A DNA stretch of 64,000 nucleotides from Candidatus Melainabacteria bacterium (GTDB taxonomy: Bacteria; Cyanobacteriota; Vampirovibrionia; 2-02-FULL-35-15). Made by a program: the position numbers and the translations under genes. Each line of letters begins with the position of its first letter. The first letter of the stretch is position 1. The stretch is taken from the NCBI GenBank assembly GCA_023250195.1, contig JAHFBF010000004.1, positions 5,675 through 69,674 on the forward strand, given 5' to 3'. Below are positions 60,293 through 64,000 of this stretch, piece by piece. Below the pieces are notes generated by a model. It searched no databases and was not told the DNA's origin. It saw only the letters and a list, made by a program, of their open reading frames with translations.

Positions 60293-61127
60293 AGTTAGTA
60301 TATTTTACTACAGAAGAAACACTTACTGAACAATCTGTACTGTTTTTTACTTCTTTAAACCTTTTTTTGGAGAGCTCAACATATTTCTTCTCTATATCAA
60401 TTCCTATAAATCTTCTGTTAAGCCTATAGGCAGCGATTCCAGTAGTACAACTACCGCAAAATGGATCAAGTATTAAATCTCCTTCTTTTGTACTTGCAAG
60501 GATAATTCTATTTAAGAGATCAACTGGTTTTTGAGCAGGATGTTTACCAAATTCTTTTTCATTTTTTTTTGGTGAAGTTAGTGCCCAGACAGAGCGCATT
60601 TGCATCTTTGGTCTTTTTAATTTATCTTCTGACCAGATACCATTTTTCATTAATTTATAATTAAAATAGTGCTTGGATTTCTTATCCTTTTTTGCCCATA
60701 GAAGGGTTTCATGGCTGGATGTAAAATACCTGCAGCTTATATTTGGTGGAGCATTTGGTTTAAACCAGCATATGTCATTCAGCAGCTGAAATTTCAATAA
60801 TTGCAAAACATAACCGCATAAATAAATAGAATGATAGGTACCACTAATCCATATAGTTCCTGTTGGTTTTAAAACTCTTTTGCATTCAGTAAGCCACTTT
60901 TTATGGAACTCGAAATCTTTTTCAACACCTTTGCTTATATCCCACTTCCCTTTATTTACAGATGCTCTTTTACCTGAATGACAGGTAAACCCATTATTTG
61001 AAAGAAGATAAGGGGGATCTGCAAAAATACAATCGAAGGTATTTTCATCATAGTTTTTTAGTACATCCAGACAATCTCCTAAGTAGAGTTTATATCTATC
61101 TTCAATTTCAAAAATAGGTTTATTCAT
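60285..61127 (-). CDS. Beta-class N6-adenine/N4-cytosine DNA methyltransferase, DpnA-like
   Basis: FADPPYLLSNNG...SVNKGKWD, HPAQKP, LDPFCGSCTT. Confidence 0.9.
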   Translation of the reverse strand: MNKPIFEIEDRYKLYLGDCLDVLKNYDENTFDCIFADPPYLLSNNGFTCHSGKRASVNKGKWDISKGVEKDFEFHKKWLTECKRVLKPTGTIWISGTYHSIYLCGYVLQLLKFQLLNDICWFKPNAPPNISCRYFTSSHETLLWAKKDKKSKHYFNYKLMKNGIWSEDKLKRPKMQMRSVWALTSPKKNEKEFGKHPAQKPVDLLNRIILASTKEGDLILDPFCGSCTTGIAAYRLNRRFIGIDIEKKYVELSKKRFKEVKNSTDCSVSVSSVVKYTNYA

Positions 61128-61350
61128 AAGTTGATAGTTTTTAGTATATCTGATTAAGCTGTCCTGGCAATGAAGTGAAGCGAAATCATCTGTTTGGCTG
61201 ACAGGCTATCTCTATTTGGTTGCCAGACTGCAATACAGGGTACAAAGTAAGCAGGTAAATATGAGATTTAGGGATAGCTCTATTGTTGGATTTTTTGAGA
61301 ATAAGGCCGAAATAACTAATTAAGGGGATGTTCTTATCTTTGTTAAAACC

Positions 61351-62286
61351 TTGAAAGAAAGCAATTTAAAAACCAGTAATGAAATAAAAATCATTGATGA
61401 AAAATTGTTCGATGATGGTTTATCTATTGAAGTGAACGTACCCATTGATGATTCGGTTAAATTATATTTAAAAGAAATTGGAAAAGTGTCTTTGTTACGG
61501 CCGCTTGAAGAATTAGAAATTTCAAAATTAATTACTGCTGGTGGAAGTGGTGCCAACGCAGCAAAAAGAAAATTGATACAGGCAAATCTAAGACTTGTAG
61601 TTTCAATTGCCAAAAGATATTTAGGCAGAGGGCTTAATTTCCTTGATTTAATTCAGGAAGGAAATATTGGACTTATGAAAGCTGCTGAAAAATTTGATGG
61701 TGAAAGAGGTTTTAAGTTTTCAACCTATGCAACCTGGTGGATAAAACAATCTATTACAAGAGCAATTGCAGATAAAGCTCACACTATTAGAGTCCCTGTT
61801 CATATGGTAGAAAATCTTTACAGACTTCGTAGAATCAGCAATGATCTCACAAATCAATTAAACAGAAAACCTACTGATGATGAGCTTGCTGTTGCAATGA
61901 AAGTTACAAAAGACAGGCTTGATGAAATACTAAAAGCAATTAAAGAGCCAATTTCACTGGAAATGCCTGTTGGAAAAGAAGAAGATGTAAAACTCTCTGA
62001 TTTTATAGAAGATGAAACAGTCTTAAAGCCTGAAGAACATGTATTAAACGAATTTTTAAAGACTGATCTAAATAAAGCACTTGAAGAATTAAATGAAAGA
62101 GAAAGACATTTAATTAATTTACGATTTGGACTTGAAGATGGTCAGCAAAGATCTTTAGACGAAGTAAGCAGGCTTTTTCAAATACCACGCGAACGGGCCA
62201 GGCAGATAGAATTTAAAGCATTAAGAAAATTAAGACATCCTATCAGAAGCGGGAAGCTAAGAGATTATTTGGAAGATGACAAATAG
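61351..62286 (+). CDS. Sigma-70 family factor (RpoD-like, lacking region 1.1)
   Basis: [51 protein letters not shown]. Confidence 0.93.
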   Translation: MKESNLKTSNEIKIIDEKLFDDGLSIEVNVPIDDSVKLYLKEIGKVSLLRPLEELEISKLITAGGSGANAAKRKLIQANLRLVVSIAKRYLGRGLNFLDLIQEGNIGLMKAAEKFDGERGFKFSTYATWWIKQSITRAIADKAHTIRVPVHMVENLYRLRRISNDLTNQLNRKPTDDELAVAMKVTKDRLDEILKAIKEPISLEMPVGKEEDVKLSDFIEDETVLKPEEHVLNEFLKTDLNKALEELNERERHLINLRFGLEDGQQRSLDEVSRLFQIPRERARQIEFKALRKLRHPIRSGKLRDYLEDDK

Positions 62287-62309
62287 AAGCGCGATTAATC
62301 GCGCTTCTA
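62284..62309. repeat. Palindrome supplying stop codons of both convergent genes
   Basis: tagaagcgcgattaatcgcgcttcta. Confidence 0.85.
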
Positions 62310-62816
62310 CTGATAGGCATTTACCTTAATAGACTTAAATGTTTGCCCGTCACTGTATAAAACAGTCCTAATACCTATTACACCTACATGATGTTTTTTC
62401 CTTTTATCTAACTGCATTTCATAACTTATAACACCAGGTTCAAAAAAATGACTTACAAAATGAGCATTTTTAATTTGTTTTCTGTACCTTCCACGTTCTT
62501 TCCTTGGATAAAGTATATCTGCAATAACATTCGCTTCTTTTTCTGAAGTCATCTCTTTTTTAACTTTATCTCCTCTTGGTCTTGCTGCTTCAGAAAATGA
62601 TTTGCCATCTCTGTAAATAGCCTCTACCTGCCAGCCATATAAAGGGAAATTATATGTTTTCTTACCAGAGAAATTTCTATTGCTTTCAGAAAATTGTTTT
62701 GATGATAATTCACTGCCGTATTGTCTTTGATTTTCTTTTACACTATTTCCAAGTCTTGCTTGTGCAGGGCATGCAAAAAGAAATAGAGAAACAAGAACAT
62801 AAAGAAGTAATCTCAT
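62307..62816 (-). CDS. Hypothetical exported basic protein
   Basis: Start moved to MRLLLYV (signal peptide AQA); upstream ORF extension reads through repeats. Confidence 0.6.
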   Translation of the reverse strand: MRLLLYVLVSLFLFACPAQARLGNSVKENQRQYGSELSSKQFSESNRNFSGKKTYNFPLYGWQVEAIYRDGKSFSEAARPRGDKVKKEMTSEKEANVIADILYPRKERGRYRKQIKNAHFVSHFFEPGVISYEMQLDKRKKHHVGVIGIRTVLYSDGQTFKSIKVNAYQ

Positions 62817-62825
62817 AACGTTAAC

Positions 62826-62942
62826 AGATTGCCATGTTGCTGAGGAGTTTACCCTGAGCAAAGCGTGAGGGCAGCTCCTCGCAATGACGTGATTCGATAT
62901 CAATTTTGTGAGATTCTTCGTCGCTTTGCTCCTCAGAATGAC
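62826..62942. repeat. Half copies of GTCATTGCGAG and GTCATTCTGA repeats
   Basis: agattgcc...ctcctcgcaatgac and gagattcttcgtc...ctcagaatgac. Confidence 0.75.
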
Positions 62943-62952
62943 AAATATCTCC

Positions 62953-64000
62953 TCATGCTTCATGTTTCCCTTTAGCCCAGACGCCAACACTAAAAATATA
63001 AGCATAACAAGCAAATGCAATTAACATGCCAATATACCAATTTGGTTTTTGAATTGAACCTGTGATTTCAGCTACTTTAGCAATCAATGGTCCAACTACT
63101 GCTCCTCCAATAATTGCAGTACAAAGTATTCCTGAAACTATTCCGGAATATTCTTTTTTATATGACTCAATTGCTAAACCATAAATAGATGGAAACATGA
63201 TTGAAATAAAAAAACCAATCATTGGAAATGCCCACAAAACAATCGTTAAATTTTTTGCAAATATTGCACAGGCAAGTGAAGCAGCAGCACCGGAAATATA
63301 AATTTTAATTGCTCTCTTTGTCGGTGTTCTATCTAAAACAAAGCTTCCCAATAATCTACCAAGAAGTAATCCCAGCCAGTAATTGGCAATGGTTGAATTT
63401 TTTATAGCCTCTGCATTTGTTCCTAAAACATTTGTAACTTTATGGATGTCTTCCAGGAATAAACTAATATTATTTGCAACACCTACTTCTACCCCTACAT
63501 AAAGAAAAATTGCAAGCGCATACATAATCATAATCGGATCTTTTAGAAGAATTACAAAGCTTTTCTGTGACTTCTGCTCTTTAGTGCTGGAAGCTTTTTC
63601 TTCAGGATATTTTGGAAATGCCAGACAAAACAACATTACTATCGAAACGATTGTAAAAATCCAGTAAGTATAATTCCATTCCAATCCTCTCAATTTAACA
63701 AAAGTAACTACATGAGGAGCAATATACGATCCAACTCCAAATAGCACCATAAACAAAGTAAGATTTCGTGAATATTTCTCCGGGTTGCTTACTTCTTTAA
63801 CAAGCGGGTTTGCAGAAACCTGAATAGCAGTAATGCCAACACCGCAGATAAACATTGCAATCATATTTGAATAATATCCCGGTACACTTGCAAACATTAA
63901 TACGCCAATTGTCGTAATTAAAGAACCGAAAATTAAAGTAAACTTTGTCCCGGATTTGTTTATCAAAACCCCAAATGGGACAGAAGTAAGTCCATAGGCA
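62953..64000 (-). CDS. MFS sugar transporter (FucP/GluP-like), 5' end off window
   Basis: QVSANP, IFLYVGVEV, SIMFPSIY, AIIGGAV; multiple TMs. Confidence 0.88.
   Translation of the reverse strand, partial: AYGLTSVPFGVLINKSGTKFTLIFGSLITTIGVLMFASVPGYYSNMIAMFICGVGITAIQVSANPLVKEVSNPEKYSRNLTLFMVLFGVGSYIAPHVVTFVKLRGLEWNYTYWIFTIVSIVMLFCLAFPKYPEEKASSTKEQKSQKSFVILLKDPIMIMYALAIFLYVGVEVGVANNISLFLEDIHKVTNVLGTNAEAIKNSTIANYWLGLLLGRLLGSFVLDRTPTKRAIKIYISGAAASLACAIFAKNLTIVLWAFPMIGFFISIMFPSIYGLAIESYKKEYSGIVSGILCTAIIGGAVVGPLIAKVAEITGSIQKPNWYIGMLIAFACYAYIFSVGVWAKGKHEA

Noticed and set aside
1..64000. CRISPR array
   Set aside because: Palindromes are dispersed, not regularly spaced with unique spacers; no cas genes seen.

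Overview
AT-rich bacterial chromosome segment. The cyanobacterial-type ClpC, GuaA and ndhA-I-G-E order, with etfA/etfB and no photosynthesis genes in the window, suggest a non-photosynthetic cyanobacterial relative such as Melainabacteria/Vampirovibrionia (inference). The backbone is housekeeping: guaA, fmt, pyrB, gcvPA, rimP-nusA-ylxR-infB-rbfA-truB, secE-nusG, ispH, four NDH-1 subunits, clpC, folP, etfAB, nnr, lnt, ruvC, secG, pyrK, a sigma-70 factor, tRNA-Ser(GCT) and tRNA-Trp(CCA). The best candidate for an undescribed system is a 7-gene locus at 28.2-36.1 kb. It encodes five paralogous secreted beta-rich subunits (four with a donor-strand-like N-terminus, one without), a 916-aa usher-like protein and a PapD/DUF916-like chaperone, i.e. 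a divergent chaperone-usher or WxL-like fibre. The locus carries its own repeated non-coding motif and shares a 46-bp element with an HD-GYP/LuxR/two-component cluster 28 kb away. Other highlights: a ~90-110 nt two-hairpin element present in at least 11 copies; ~28-bp GTAG palindromes inserted in frame in several enzymes; a MITE that targets another repeat with a TTG duplication; a secreted Cys-rich Kazal protein with a C-terminal Hint domain; ylxR apparently starting at ATT; and an APS-kinase-like protein with a degenerate P-loop. All calls are from visual motif recognition; no searches were run.
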